The notes under the pieces: generated by a model
The model's database searches: none
What the model was told of the DNA's origin: nothing
The model's input: only the letters and a program-made list of their open reading frames with translations
Shown: one piece after another, positions 1 to 8,461 of the stretch
Position numbering within the stretch: the first letter of the stretch is position 1
Layout: each line of letters opens with the position of its first letter
Position numbers and translations under genes: made by a program
NCBI GenBank assembly: GCA_036726225.1
Contig: DAIMCS010000001.1
Coordinates: 69,776 to 133,775 of the forward strand
Source of the DNA: Patescibacteria group bacterium
Lineage (GTDB): Bacteria; Patescibacteriota; Doudnabacteria; UBA920
DNA length: 64,000 bases
Direction of reading: 5' to 3'

Positions 1-99
1 ACACCTGGCCATTTGCTATGGATGCCGGTATACATACAACGGCATCAAAAGCGTGAGACCAACGGCGCAGAGAATCAAAAACTTCATCATTGAGGAAGT

Positions 100-340
100 A
101 AAAAAACTCCGGAGGTGATACTTTTACAGCCGCGCGAGGCTGATCATCCCACCATAAAGGCAAGTTCGCCTGTCTACCTTCGGTAGACGCACTTGCCTTC
201 CTTCCAAAGTTCATCAATCCCCTCATCCGGCCTTCGGGCCACCTTCTCCCGCCCGCCTGCCGGACGGCAGGCAAGAGGAGAAGATGATAATGAAAATCTT
301 TTGTAAATTTTGGAAAGACAACAACAGCACGATTGTAGCG
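100..340 (+). other. GC-rich structured non-coding region with stacked hairpins. Examples are GTCTACC-TTCG-GGTAGAC, GGCC-TTCG-GGCC, and CTTCTCC[GCCTGCC-GGAC-GGCAGGC]GGAGAAG. It may be a 3' UTR or a cis-regulatory RNA. No long ORF occurs in any frame checked.
   Basis: Several perfect UUCG/GNRA-capped stems. A triple in-frame stop TGA-TAA-TGA lies at 285-293. GC is higher than the flanks. Confidence 0.3.
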
Positions 341-342
341 GC

Positions 343-380
343 CGCTACAATCGTGCTGTTTTAATTTTTATGTTTATTTA
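343..380 (+). terminator. Intrinsic terminator AACAGCACGATTGTAGC-GGCC-GCTACAATCGTGCTGTT followed by a T-run
   Basis: Perfect 17-bp stem followed by TTTAATTTTT. Confidence 0.7.
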
Positions 381-387
381 CAAAAGT

Positions 388-416
388 TTAATAAAATGCT
401 AGAATATTAAGTCATT
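388..416 (+). promoter_or_regulatory. Sigma70-like promoter TTTACA-N17-TAGAAT for the 483..866 gene. A 5' UTR hairpin ATTTCTGTTTG...CAAACAGAAAT lies at 421-460.
   Basis: Near-consensus -35 and -10 hexamers with 17-nt spacing. An AGGAGG SD sits before the ATG at 483. Confidence 0.55.
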
Positions 417-482
417 TCTGTTTGGATGCGGAGAGGATTGCAAACAGAAATCAAAAGTTCAATCGTTTAGGAGGAATAACGG

Positions 483-866
483 ATGTCTTCGAAAAGAAAA
501 CCGAAAAAAATGAGCCCGGAGCATATCTTAACTCAACGGTTTGCGGTACTGGGACCAATGGTTCTTGGGCCGGAAGATAGCGACAAAGTTCAGGCCCATT
601 TGAAAAAATGTAAGGAGTGCCAAAAAAATTATTCAGAATTCACAGTGCCTCACTTTCTTATATTCGGGCACAGCATCCATGAAGAACCGGTCAAGCTCTT
701 GGCCTATGCCGCAAGATTCGAGTTCTCTCCACAGGCAATGGGAAAGCTGTCGGGCATTTTGAAACGAGGCGATCTACTCGACATAAAAATGCATTTACCC
801 ATTTGCTTTGGATGTAGAAAGCTCGTCACCGATTTCCGCGATTTTCTAAAGCGGATACGACGCTAA
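483..866 (+). CDS. Small soluble protein with two zf-HC2-type motifs (H-x3-C-x2-C); putative anti-sigma factor-like zinc-finger protein
   Basis: HLKKCKECQ and HLPICFGCRK motifs. AGGAGG RBS. Confidence 0.5.
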   Translation: MSSKRKPKKMSPEHILTQRFAVLGPMVLGPEDSDKVQAHLKKCKECQKNYSEFTVPHFLIFGHSIHEEPVKLLAYAARFEFSPQAMGKLSGILKRGDLLDIKMHLPICFGCRKLVTDFRDFLKRIRR

Positions 867-1015
867 ACACTAATTCTGCACTAAGCCGTATTTCATCCAA
901 CCCAACAATCTGCACACAAGGGAGAAGTATTACATTACTCTCCCTCCTTCCAAAGCACATGATTCATCGTGAATTTTGGAAAGATAAAAAGTTTAATTTC
1001 AAATGGAGGAAATGA

Positions 1016-1336
1016 ATGGAACACCTAACCGACCGGGAACTCACTGATTATTTAGAAGGGATTGTCCCTGAACCAAGGCGCCAGGAAATAGAAGGCCATC
1101 TTCTCTACTGCAAGGATTGCAGAGGTGAATTGGCCCACATAATGCAGATTTTGTGCAAAGAAATTTCCCCCCAGGAGGCTTTTGACCGAGACAAAATCCA
1201 GCAGAAGTGGAATGAGAAAATGATGGAGGTTGAAACCCCCGGCTCAAAAGAGGGGCACAAGCTCCCAAAGCTGACCGTTCCTATCATCATCATTCTGGTC
1301 ATCGCAGCTATTGTTTGGATCGTAAGCCGATTCTAG
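1016..1336 (+). CDS. Membrane-anchored zf-HC2 anti-sigma factor-like protein (N-terminal H-x3-C-x2-C, C-terminal TM helix)
   Basis: EGHLLYCKDCRGEL motif. C-terminal hydrophobic VPIIIILVIAAIVWIV. GGAGGA RBS. Confidence 0.55.
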   Translation: MEHLTDRELTDYLEGIVPEPRRQEIEGHLLYCKDCRGELAHIMQILCKEISPQEAFDRDKIQQKWNEKMMEVETPGSKEGHKLPKLTVPIIIILVIAAIVWIVSRF

Positions 1337-1361
1337 CAACAGCTGCTCATCCCCAAGAAGC

Positions 1362-1400
1362 GAATATTGCCCCCGGCATATTCGCTTCTTTCTTTTTAAC
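1362..1400 (+). terminator. Hairpin GAAGCGAATA-loop-TATTCGCTTC followed by a T-run
   Basis: 10-bp stem followed by TTTCTTTTT. Confidence 0.6.
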
Positions 1401-1504
1401 TATTTTGCCTGCTCTGTTGGTTACATTAGAATCCTTAAATATCAAAATTATTTCATAAAAAATATCCGGGAGCCAAACCTTTGGCCCCCGGAACAGCTTT
1501 AAGT

Positions 1505-2245
1505 CTAACGAAACGACTCCATAACGTCGGTAGCTTCCTTCAGAGAAAGTCCAAGCTCGGCGGGAGGGATCCAAAACACGGTGAGAGCTGAGCGCAAAAA
1601 CCACCTGTCGTCAAAAGACAACTCCTTTTGCTGCAGAAGCTTTGGAACCACTTCTTTGGCGTATTCAATGACCTTTTGTTTGATTTCCGGGAATTTCATG
1701 ATTAAACGTCTTCCGGAGGCATCTGTTGTTAAATCCTTGGAAACGGCGCCGGTGGGATCATTCAGCAGCCACAAAATATATTCGGCCAACCGAAACGGGT
1801 TCTCCGCCTTAAGCGGGTTGTAAAGCACTCTGCTGTGCCTATCGACCCGCGGAGATATCAAACCGCGCGAATTGTCACACTCAATTGGATAGGTTCGCTC
1901 TGTTTGATTTTCTAAAATATCCGTATAGACAACTGCCAACTCACGACTGACTTTCACCCGTAAAGCGGCCAACTCTTCCTTGCTCTTTCGCAATAATTGG
2001 ACAACGGACAGGGTCCGGCCATTGTAAGTAAGCTGCCGATTCTTTTCGTACTGCCTCTCGAGTATCAGGCTTACCTGATAACGGACATAAGCCGGACAGA
2101 TGTCGTCGGACAACGGGTCAGTTTGTAACGCGGCCAGTGAGTTTAAAAGCTCTTGGGCGCTTGGCTCTTCGTCTGAAGACTGCCCTGCAGAAGTTAACGG
2201 AATCAAAACTACCAACAACACGACGACGAAAAATGTTCTAAACAT
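1505..2245 (-). CDS. Secreted hypothetical protein (signal peptide MFRTFFVVVLLVVLIPLTSA)
   Basis: Long ORF with a signal peptide. AAGGGGGAAGT RBS. Downstream hairpin 1469-1497 followed by a T-run. Confidence 0.5.
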   Translation of the reverse strand: MFRTFFVVVLLVVLIPLTSAGQSSDEEPSAQELLNSLAALQTDPLSDDICPAYVRYQVSLILERQYEKNRQLTYNGRTLSVVQLLRKSKEELAALRVKVSRELAVVYTDILENQTERTYPIECDNSRGLISPRVDRHSRVLYNPLKAENPFRLAEYILWLLNDPTGAVSKDLTTDASGRRLIMKFPEIKQKVIEYAKEVVPKLLQQKELSFDDRWFLRSALTVFWIPPAELGLSLKEATDVMESFR

Positions 2246-2383
2246 ACTTCCCCCTTATGGTTTTGAGTCATCTAAATGGAAGTTTAGAACAAAATTAGAT
2301 AATTTGTCCAGATTCAACTACCTCGACAAGAGACTTATTTTTATGGTAATATTACAAAGATTTAACACACAATAAAGAAAGGA

Positions 2384-2436
2384 TTCCCAAAAATCAGGAG
2401 CGCAGTCTCAAAGAGACGAGCACGGATTTTTGGGAA
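2384..2436 (+). repeat. Copy A of the hairpin-repeat family: TCCCAAAAATC-AGGAGCGCAG-[TCTC AAAG AGA]-CGAGCACG-GATTTTTGGGA. It lies about 65 nt upstream of tRNA-Ser.
   Basis: Same outer stem and conserved internal strands as the copies at 10808, 21056, 49463, 50001 and 58751. Confidence 0.7.
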
Positions 2437-2503
2437 AAAGGAGTAAACGGCATACTGTAGCAGCCTGCGGAGCAGGATGCGGAAGTGATGCCGATTACGA
2501 CGT

Positions 2504-2593
2504 GGAAGCGTCGCATAGTGGTCTAGTGCACACGCTTGGAAAGCGTGCAACCTGTCAAAGGGTTCGAGGGTTCGAATCCCTCCGCTTCCGCCA
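2504..2593 (+). tRNA. tRNA-Ser (anticodon GGA), type II with a long variable arm
   Basis: Acceptor GGAAGCG/CGCTTCC. 3-bp D stem. Anticodon loop TTGGAAA. Variable arm AACC-TGTCAAAG-GGTT. T arm GAGGG-TTCGAAT-CCCTC. Discriminator G followed by CCA. Confidence 0.85.
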
Positions 2594-2595
2594 AA

Positions 2596-2628
2596 AAATC
2601 CCGACATGATGTCGGGATTTTTTGTTTT
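2596..2628. terminator. Bidirectional intrinsic terminator AATCCCGAC-ATGAT-GTCGGGATT with T/A runs on both sides
   Basis: Perfect 9-bp stem. It sits downstream of the tRNA-Ser 3' end and downstream of the ppsA stop. Confidence 0.75.
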
Positions 2629-5083
2629 ACCTACCAAGTTTATCTTCTACTGCCTTGATGTTTATGGAAGCTTTTAAGACTGTGTCGGGGTTAAGTGATA
2701 TTGAGTCGATCCCTAGGCCTACCAAAAATTCACCAAAGTCCGGGAAGTCAGAAGGCCCCTGGCCGCAAATGCCCACCTTCAGGCCTTTGGCATGGGCCGC
2801 AGGAATTAAAATACCAATTAATTTTTGCACGGCTTTGTTGCGCTCGTTGCCAATGTGAGCAATGAGTTTGCTGTCGCGATCAAGTCCCAAAGTTAACTGC
2901 GTAAGATCGTTTGAGCCAATTGAGAAACCATCAAAAATTTCAGCGAATTCGTCCACCTGTAAAATGTTGGAAGGAATTTCTGCCATAACCCAAATCTCAA
3001 GTCCTTCTATTGGTTCCCCATTTTTTTTGTTTTTACGGGCTTCGGGTGTAATGCGGTTGGTAAGGCCGTGGCGGTTAATAATTTCCACAACTTTCTTCCC
3101 CTCTTCCGGCGTGCGGCAAAACGGCACCATAACACTTAAATTCCAAAGTCCCATTTCTTCGCGCACTTTTTTTACAGCCGCAACTTCCAAAGAAAACGCT
3201 TTTTCAAAACTCGGGTCGTAGTAGCGGCTTGCGCCTCTCCAGCCCATCATTGGGTTTTCTTCAATCGGTTCATAAAGTTTGCCGCCAATTAGGCCGGCAT
3301 ATTCGTTACTTTTGAAATCTGAAAATCTAAGCAACACGTCATACGGATAAAACGCCGCCGCCAGCTGGCCTACGCCGTAAGCAAACTTGTCCAAGTAGTA
3401 TTGCACTTTGTCTTTATAGCCGGCAGTTAATTCATCAATTTGCTGTTTAACGCCCATATCGGTCAATTTCTCGTAGTCTATTAAAGCGTTAGGATGAATT
3501 TTAATAAAATTAGAAATAACAAATTCCACGCGCGCCAAACCTACACCGCGATGAGGCAGGAAAGAATAGTTAAATGCCAGTTCCGGGTCAGCGGCAATCA
3601 TTTTTATGTCTGTCTTTGGGGGCTGGAAGTTAGTTAAGTCTGTCCTGTCCACTCTAAATTTTAAAAGCCCTTCGTAAACTTTCCCCACTTCACCTTCTGC
3701 GCAAGACACTGTAACTTCCATTCCGCCGGAAATTGCCTCTGTGGCATTGCCGGTGCCGACTACAGCAGGAATACCGAGCTCGCGCGAAACTATGGCCGCG
3801 TGAGATGTACGCCCACCCGCGTTAGTTACAATAGCCGAAGCAATTTTCATAATTGGTTCCCAGTCAGGGTCAGTAATTTCTGTAACCAAAACTTCGCCCT
3901 TTTGAAAATCACTTAACTGCGAGGCGTCTTTAATATAGCGCGCTTTGCCCTGGCCAATTTTGGCTCCCACAGCCGCGCCTTTGGCAATAATTTTTCCGGT
4001 TTGTTCCATTACAAACTCTTCCAAAACTTTACCGGTTTTCCTGGCCTGTACTGTCTCGGGGCGGGCTTGGACTACGAACAATTCCTGCATAAAACCGTCG
4101 TAAGCCCATTCAATATCCATTGGCCTTTGGTAATGTTCTTCTATAATTACCGCCCATTTGGCAAGTTTTAAAATTTGGCCGTCGTCCAAAGTAAAGCGGT
4201 GGCGGTCAACCGGGTCTACCCCCTGCTCCGTGGTAGGCTCCACGCCGCCGTGGGCATACACCAACTTTTTTTCCTTGCTGCCCATTCTTTTGCTGATAAT
4301 AGATTTAAAACCTTTTTTGAGTGTAGGTTTAAAAACTTTAAACTCGTCGGGTGTAACCATTCCTTTTACCACAAACTCCCCAAGGCCCCAGGACGAGTTA
4401 ATTAAAACCAAATCTTTAAATCCGCTTTCTGTATCGAGCGTAAAAATAACGCCGCTGGAGCCGCGGTCACTGCGGGCCATTTTTTGTACTGCGACCGATA
4501 AGGCCACGTTGAAGTGGTCGTAATTTTTGTCCTGTCTGTAGGAAATAGCGCGGTTGGTAAACAGGGACGCAAAAGCTTTTTTTATGGACTCCAAAAGCTC
4601 GTGTTCACCGCGGACGTTTAAATAACTTTCCTGCTGTCCGGCAAAAGAAGCGTCGGGCAAATCTTCTGCAGTGGCCGAAGACCTTACAGCCACGTCTAAA
4701 TCTGCTGGCGAAAGTTTAAGTTTATCGCCCAGAGTTTTAAAAGCCGCTAAAATATCTTTTTGTAAATCTTGCGGGAAAGGCACGCTTAAAATTAGCTCCC
4801 TTACCTTTTGGCCACACTCTTCTAACTGTTTAATATTATGGGTATCTAAGCCGGCGAGCGCGTCCCTAATTTTTTGGTCCAAATTATTTTCTTTTACAAA
4901 ATGCCTGTAAGAATGGGCAGAAACCGCAAAACCAAAGGGCACAGAAATTTTTTCGCCCGGGAAAAGTTTGCTTTCCGCGCCGGTTAAATTCCTGTACATT
5001 TCCCCCAAGTTTGCGTTCTTGCCTCCTACCAACCCTACGTCGTCTTTGCCAATTTCGTCGAACCAAAAAATGAATTTATCCAT
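2627..5083 (-). CDS. ppsA: Phosphoenolpyruvate synthase (pyruvate, water dikinase)
   Basis: 818 aa. PEP-utilizing mobile domain GGRTSHAAIVSRELGIPAVVG. N-terminal ATP-grasp-like domain and C-terminal TIM barrel. Confidence 0.85.
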   Translation of the reverse strand: MDKFIFWFDEIGKDDVGLVGGKNANLGEMYRNLTGAESKLFPGEKISVPFGFAVSAHSYRHFVKENNLDQKIRDALAGLDTHNIKQLEECGQKVRELILSVPFPQDLQKDILAAFKTLGDKLKLSPADLDVAVRSSATAEDLPDASFAGQQESYLNVRGEHELLESIKKAFASLFTNRAISYRQDKNYDHFNVALSVAVQKMARSDRGSSGVIFTLDTESGFKDLVLINSSWGLGEFVVKGMVTPDEFKVFKPTLKKGFKSIISKRMGSKEKKLVYAHGGVEPTTEQGVDPVDRHRFTLDDGQILKLAKWAVIIEEHYQRPMDIEWAYDGFMQELFVVQARPETVQARKTGKVLEEFVMEQTGKIIAKGAAVGAKIGQGKARYIKDASQLSDFQKGEVLVTEITDPDWEPIMKIASAIVTNAGGRTSHAAIVSRELGIPAVVGTGNATEAISGGMEVTVSCAEGEVGKVYEGLLKFRVDRTDLTNFQPPKTDIKMIAADPELAFNYSFLPHRGVGLARVEFVISNFIKIHPNALIDYEKLTDMGVKQQIDELTAGYKDKVQYYLDKFAYGVGQLAAAFYPYDVLLRFSDFKSNEYAGLIGGKLYEPIEENPMMGWRGASRYYDPSFEKAFSLEVAAVKKVREEMGLWNLSVMVPFCRTPEEGKKVVEIINRHGLTNRITPEARKNKKNGEPIEGLEIWVMAEIPSNILQVDEFAEIFDGFSIGSNDLTQLTLGLDRDSKLIAHIGNERNKAVQKLIGILIPAAHAKGLKVGICGQGPSDFPDFGEFLVGLGIDSISLNPDTVLKASINIKAVEDKLGR

Positions 5084-5121
5084 AGTTTACTTTAATATTA
5101 AATTAATTATACCAATTTGGC

Positions 5122-6465
5122 TTAAAATAAAGCAACTTGCTTACCCTTTTTACTTAGTTTTTCCCGCTCTTTGTCTGAATAAATATGGATCTTACCAAAA
5201 ACCCCGTCGTAGCCGCCTTCTATATTTACCTTGCCCTCCCTTACGCGGATAATTGACTGTGCAATTTGCGGAGTGCTGATTTTCGCGATTTCATTTTCTG
5301 ATAAATCTAAAAGGATAGAAAATTCATCACATAACTCCCCCTCGCTTCGCTCTCCCCCTCTTAATTTAAGAGGGGGCCGGGGGGAGTTAACCATTTGTTC
5401 GTATAAAACCGAAACTTTTTTACTGCTCACGCCAACATCTAAAGTATCGGCGATAACTTCTTCCAGCGGAATAACACTTTTAAACGGAATAGCTTTTGGT
5501 GGTGTAAATCCAAGTTCCCTGTCTGCCAACTCATCAACTCTATTTAATACACCGACCAATAATTTTTTCCCGCACACCGGACATACGCCGCCCAATTTTT
5601 TGGTCTGGGAAGGCAGGCAGGAAAATTTACAGTCCCTATGCCCGTCTAAATGGTATTTGCCTTCTTCAGGAAAAAACTCAATGGTATACAAAAATTCTTT
5701 GGGATTTTTACTATAAAGCACGCGGATAATTTCAGAGTAGGATAATTTCTTTTCGTCGATTTCGAAACAGTTAGCTTCCCTGCCAATCTTCCTTAAACTG
5801 TGAGCATCGGAATTAGAAGTTAGGGAATATTTATCTAACCCCGATATTTGCCAATTCATTTTAGGGTCGCTTGATAAGCCTGTTTCGATCGCATGGATAT
5901 ATTTGGCTTGATCGCCAAACGCTTCTTCTACGCTATTAAAGCCGGACAAAGACCCAAATACTCCAAAATGCGGCGTCCAAGCGTGAGCTGGGATAACTTC
6001 CGCTTGAGCGTCTGCATCTTTAACTATTTTTACTAATTCATCACAATGGATGCCCATAATTGGCCGGCCGTCTGCTTTCAAGTTGGCACCTCTCTTTTCT
6101 AAACCACTGATGATTCTATCCACCGCTTCAAAGTTCGGCGCAAAAATCATACTGTGCACGCGCCTTACTTTGTCGCCTTGTTTATATATAGAGGAAACTT
6201 CCGAAGTCAGCATAAAATGCGCCCTCACAGAGGATTCCCCTCTTGCAAGAGGGGAATCCTCTGCTTTGAGCTGATACAGTCCGGGTTTGGTTTCCTCGAG
6301 CGCGGATTTTAATTCAGCTAACCACCCGGGATGAGTGAAATCCCCGGTGCCAATAACTCCTATGCCCTTTTTGTCCGCCCACACTCCGATGTTAGGCGGG
6401 GTTAAATCCTGTGAGCAAGCTCTTGAATATTTACTATGAATTTGAAGATCTGCGATAATGCGCAT
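5122..6465 (-). CDS. PHP-domain metal-dependent phosphoesterase with a zinc ribbon (EndoQ / TIGR00375-like putative nuclease)
   Basis: N-terminal IADLQIHSKYS and TGDFTHPGW PHP motifs. CPVCGKK zinc ribbon. Two in-frame palindromic insertions (see repeats). Confidence 0.55.
   Translation of the reverse strand: MRIIADLQIHSKYSRACSQDLTPPNIGVWADKKGIGVIGTGDFTHPGWLAELKSALEETKPGLYQLKAEDSPLARGESSVRAHFMLTSEVSSIYKQGDKVRRVHSMIFAPNFEAVDRIISGLEKRGANLKADGRPIMGIHCDELVKIVKDADAQAEVIPAHAWTPHFGVFGSLSGFNSVEEAFGDQAKYIHAIETGLSSDPKMNWQISGLDKYSLTSNSDAHSLRKIGREANCFEIDEKKLSYSEIIRVLYSKNPKEFLYTIEFFPEEGKYHLDGHRDCKFSCLPSQTKKLGGVCPVCGKKLLVGVLNRVDELADRELGFTPPKAIPFKSVIPLEEVIADTLDVGVSSKKVSVLYEQMVNSPRPPLKLRGGERSEGELCDEFSILLDLSENEIAKISTPQIAQSIIRVREGKVNIEGGYDGVFGKIHIYSDKEREKLSKKGKQVALF
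5331..5388. repeat. Nested palindrome inside the PHP-gene CDS: AACTCCCCC...CCCCCTCTTAA-T-TTAAGAGGGGG...GGGGGGAGTT. It is in frame and encodes PPLKLRGGERSEGEL.
   Basis: Seen directly. Core at 5354-5376. Confidence 0.6.
6228..6263. repeat. 36-nt perfect palindrome CAGAGGATTCCCCTCTTGCAAGAGGGGAATCCTCTG inside the PHP-gene CDS. It is in frame and encodes EDSPLARGESS.
   Basis: Seen directly. It shares the CCCCTCTT...AAGAGGGG core with the 5354-5376 palindrome. Confidence 0.6.
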
Positions 6466-6496
6466 ATTATTTGTCTTTATAGATCGGTCAGATTAT

Positions 6497-6557
6497 TCTT
6501 CGACCTTGTGGAGAAGATAATCTTACGATATGTTCTCGACAAGCTCGAACAATATTG
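6497..6557. promoter_or_regulatory. Conserved bipartite element CTTCGACCTTGTGGAGAAG ... GTTCTCGACAAGCTCGAACAATATT, upstream of the PHP-ppsA transcription unit
   Basis: Near-identical copy at 8411-8457, upstream of gap. Confidence 0.5.
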
Positions 6558-6603
6558 TCAGACGGACTCCTCGCAATGACGATTATCTGTTATAATACCC
6601 CAT

Positions 6604-7368
6604 ATGAATAATGAAAAATATCTTAAAGTTGCAATTTTAGCTGCCAAAAATTCCGGAAAAATTTTTAAAAAATATTTTGGCAAACCCAAGGACATTCAAA
6701 TGAAAAACGGGGATCCGCGGAATTTGGTAACTGAAATAGACAAAAAAATTGAAACCCAAATTCGAAAGTTAATTTTAAAAAATTTTCCTGCTCATAAAAT
6801 TATTGGCGAAGAGTTTGGCAGCCACAAGCTAAAAAAAGATGATCTTGTTTGGATTATTGACCCTATAGACGGCACCATAAACTTTATTCAAGGTCTGCCC
6901 CTTGGCTGCATTTCCATTGCCCTGTGGGACAAAAATGGGCCGGTTGTCGGGGTAATTTACAACCCGGTTTTAAATTATCTATTTTCATCCCTCAAAGGAC
7001 ACGGCGCATTTTTAAACGGTAAAAAAATTAAAGTTTCCAATAAACAGCATTATGGAGGGTTTGGCTGGGGAAGGAGACCGAAAAAGGCTGCTAAAATTTT
7101 TCCGGTCATAGTCCATCAACTTCCCAAAATACGGGCTCTGGGGTCATGTACATTGGAGTTTGCTTTTGTGGCTGCCGGGATTTTCGATTTTCATGTGCAG
7201 GCTGAAATTAATGTTTGGGATTTTGCTGCTGCTACTTTGTTAGTTGAGGAAGCAGGCGGACGCATTACAGATTGGAAAGGGCGTAAAATTTCCATGAGCA
7301 CAACTCATGTGGTTGCGGGAAATAAACAAGTGCATCAAAAATTGGTCCGGACCTTAAAAAAGTTTTAG
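6604..7368 (+). CDS. Inositol monophosphatase family protein (SuhB/IMPase-like)
   Basis: WIIDPIDGTINF metal-binding motif. 254 aa. Confidence 0.8.
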   Translation: MNNEKYLKVAILAAKNSGKIFKKYFGKPKDIQMKNGDPRNLVTEIDKKIETQIRKLILKNFPAHKIIGEEFGSHKLKKDDLVWIIDPIDGTINFIQGLPLGCISIALWDKNGPVVGVIYNPVLNYLFSSLKGHGAFLNGKKIKVSNKQHYGGFGWGRRPKKAAKIFPVIVHQLPKIRALGSCTLEFAFVAAGIFDFHVQAEINVWDFAAATLLVEEAGGRITDWKGRKISMSTTHVVAGNKQVHQKLVRTLKKF

Positions 7369-7370
7369 CC

Positions 7371-8396
7371 TCAAATTTTTTTTGCTATGTGTTCAACCAA
7401 ATAAACTGCCTGCTTAACATAGCCCATCTCATTGTCATACCAGGCAATTAAGTTAAGCAAACTGCCGTTAACTACTTCTGTAGCAAGCAAGTCTACTATT
7501 GCGCCGTTTTTGTTGGCCCTAAAATCCGTAGAAACTAAAGGCAAGTGACTCACCGCAAGGTGATTTTTTAATTCTCCTAATGAAGCTTTAATAAAAGCTT
7601 TGTTTACGCTATCTTTACTGGCGTGTTTTTTAAGTTCAGCTGTATAAACAATAACCGAAGGGTTTAACACAGGCACGCGCAAGGAAAGCGCTGAAACCTT
7701 GCCATGCAGGTGCGGGTAAATTTTACCAATGGTTTTACTCACGCCGGTGGAGGTGGGAATAATGGATTGTGAGGCGGTCCTGGCTCTGCGCAAATCTTTA
7801 TGTGTGCCGTCCAGCAAACTTTGGTCAGAGGTGAAGGCATGGATGGTATTAATAAAGCCCTGCTTTATACCAAAATTTTCTTCTAAGACCTTGGTGGTTA
7901 ACATACTGCAAACCGTGGTGCAGGAAGCCGCGGAAATAATTTTGTGGATTTGGGGTTTAAAATTTTTGTGGTTGACTCCAAAAACAAAAGTCTCGTCTGC
8001 GTCATCCATGGGCGTGGTGCACACCATATATTTTGCACCGGCATTTAAATGTTTTTGGGCCTGTTCTTTTTTGGTATACGCGCCGGTGGCATCAACAACA
8101 ATATCTACTTTTAACTTTTTCCAGGGAAAATGACCGTCTTTGTCTTGAACAAAGGGAATGGCCTGATTACCAATAACAAGTTTATTGTTTTTCACTGCCA
8201 CCTCTTTGTCCCAAACTCCGTAGGTGGAATCGTACTTTAAAAGATGCGCGTAAGTTTCAAGGCCGGAGCGGCTGGAAACTGCGGCAATTTCAAAATTTTT
8301 ATTTTGGTGAGCCAGGCGCAAAAAAACACGGCCAATGCGGCCAAGTCCATTTATTGCTATTTTTGTTTTTCTTTTAGACGATGTTCTTGCCTTCAT
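7371..8396 (-). CDS. gap: Glyceraldehyde-3-phosphate dehydrogenase
   Basis: INGLGRIGR NAD-binding motif. ASCTTVC active-site motif. Confidence 0.9.
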   Translation of the reverse strand: MKARTSSKRKTKIAINGLGRIGRVFLRLAHQNKNFEIAAVSSRSGLETYAHLLKYDSTYGVWDKEVAVKNNKLVIGNQAIPFVQDKDGHFPWKKLKVDIVVDATGAYTKKEQAQKHLNAGAKYMVCTTPMDDADETFVFGVNHKNFKPQIHKIISAASCTTVCSMLTTKVLEENFGIKQGFINTIHAFTSDQSLLDGTHKDLRRARTASQSIIPTSTGVSKTIGKIYPHLHGKVSALSLRVPVLNPSVIVYTAELKKHASKDSVNKAFIKASLGELKNHLAVSHLPLVSTDFRANKNGAIVDLLATEVVNGSLLNLIAWYDNEMGYVKQAVYLVEHIAKKI

Positions 8397-8410
8397 ACTT
8401 AAATTTTAGT

Positions 8411-8457
8411 CTTCGACCTTGTGGAGAAGCTAAAATTTGTTCTCGACAAGCTCGAAC
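8411..8457. promoter_or_regulatory. Second copy of the CTTCGACCTTGTGGAGAAG ... GTTCTCGACAAGCTCGAACCATATT element, 15-60 nt upstream of the gap start codon
   Basis: 19+19 nt identical to the 6497-6557 copy, with a variable linker. Confidence 0.5.
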
Positions 8458-8461
8458 CATA

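Noticed and set aside
100-340. RNase P RNA, tmRNA or SRP RNA
   Set aside because: No P4/CR-I motif, no tag-reading frame or tRNA-like 3' end, and no SRP domain IV GGAA/AGCAGCC motif was seen. It is kept only as an unassigned structured region.
2362-2637. 91-aa minus-strand ORF
   Set aside because: It overlaps tRNA-Ser, hairpin copy A and the terminator. It is spurious.
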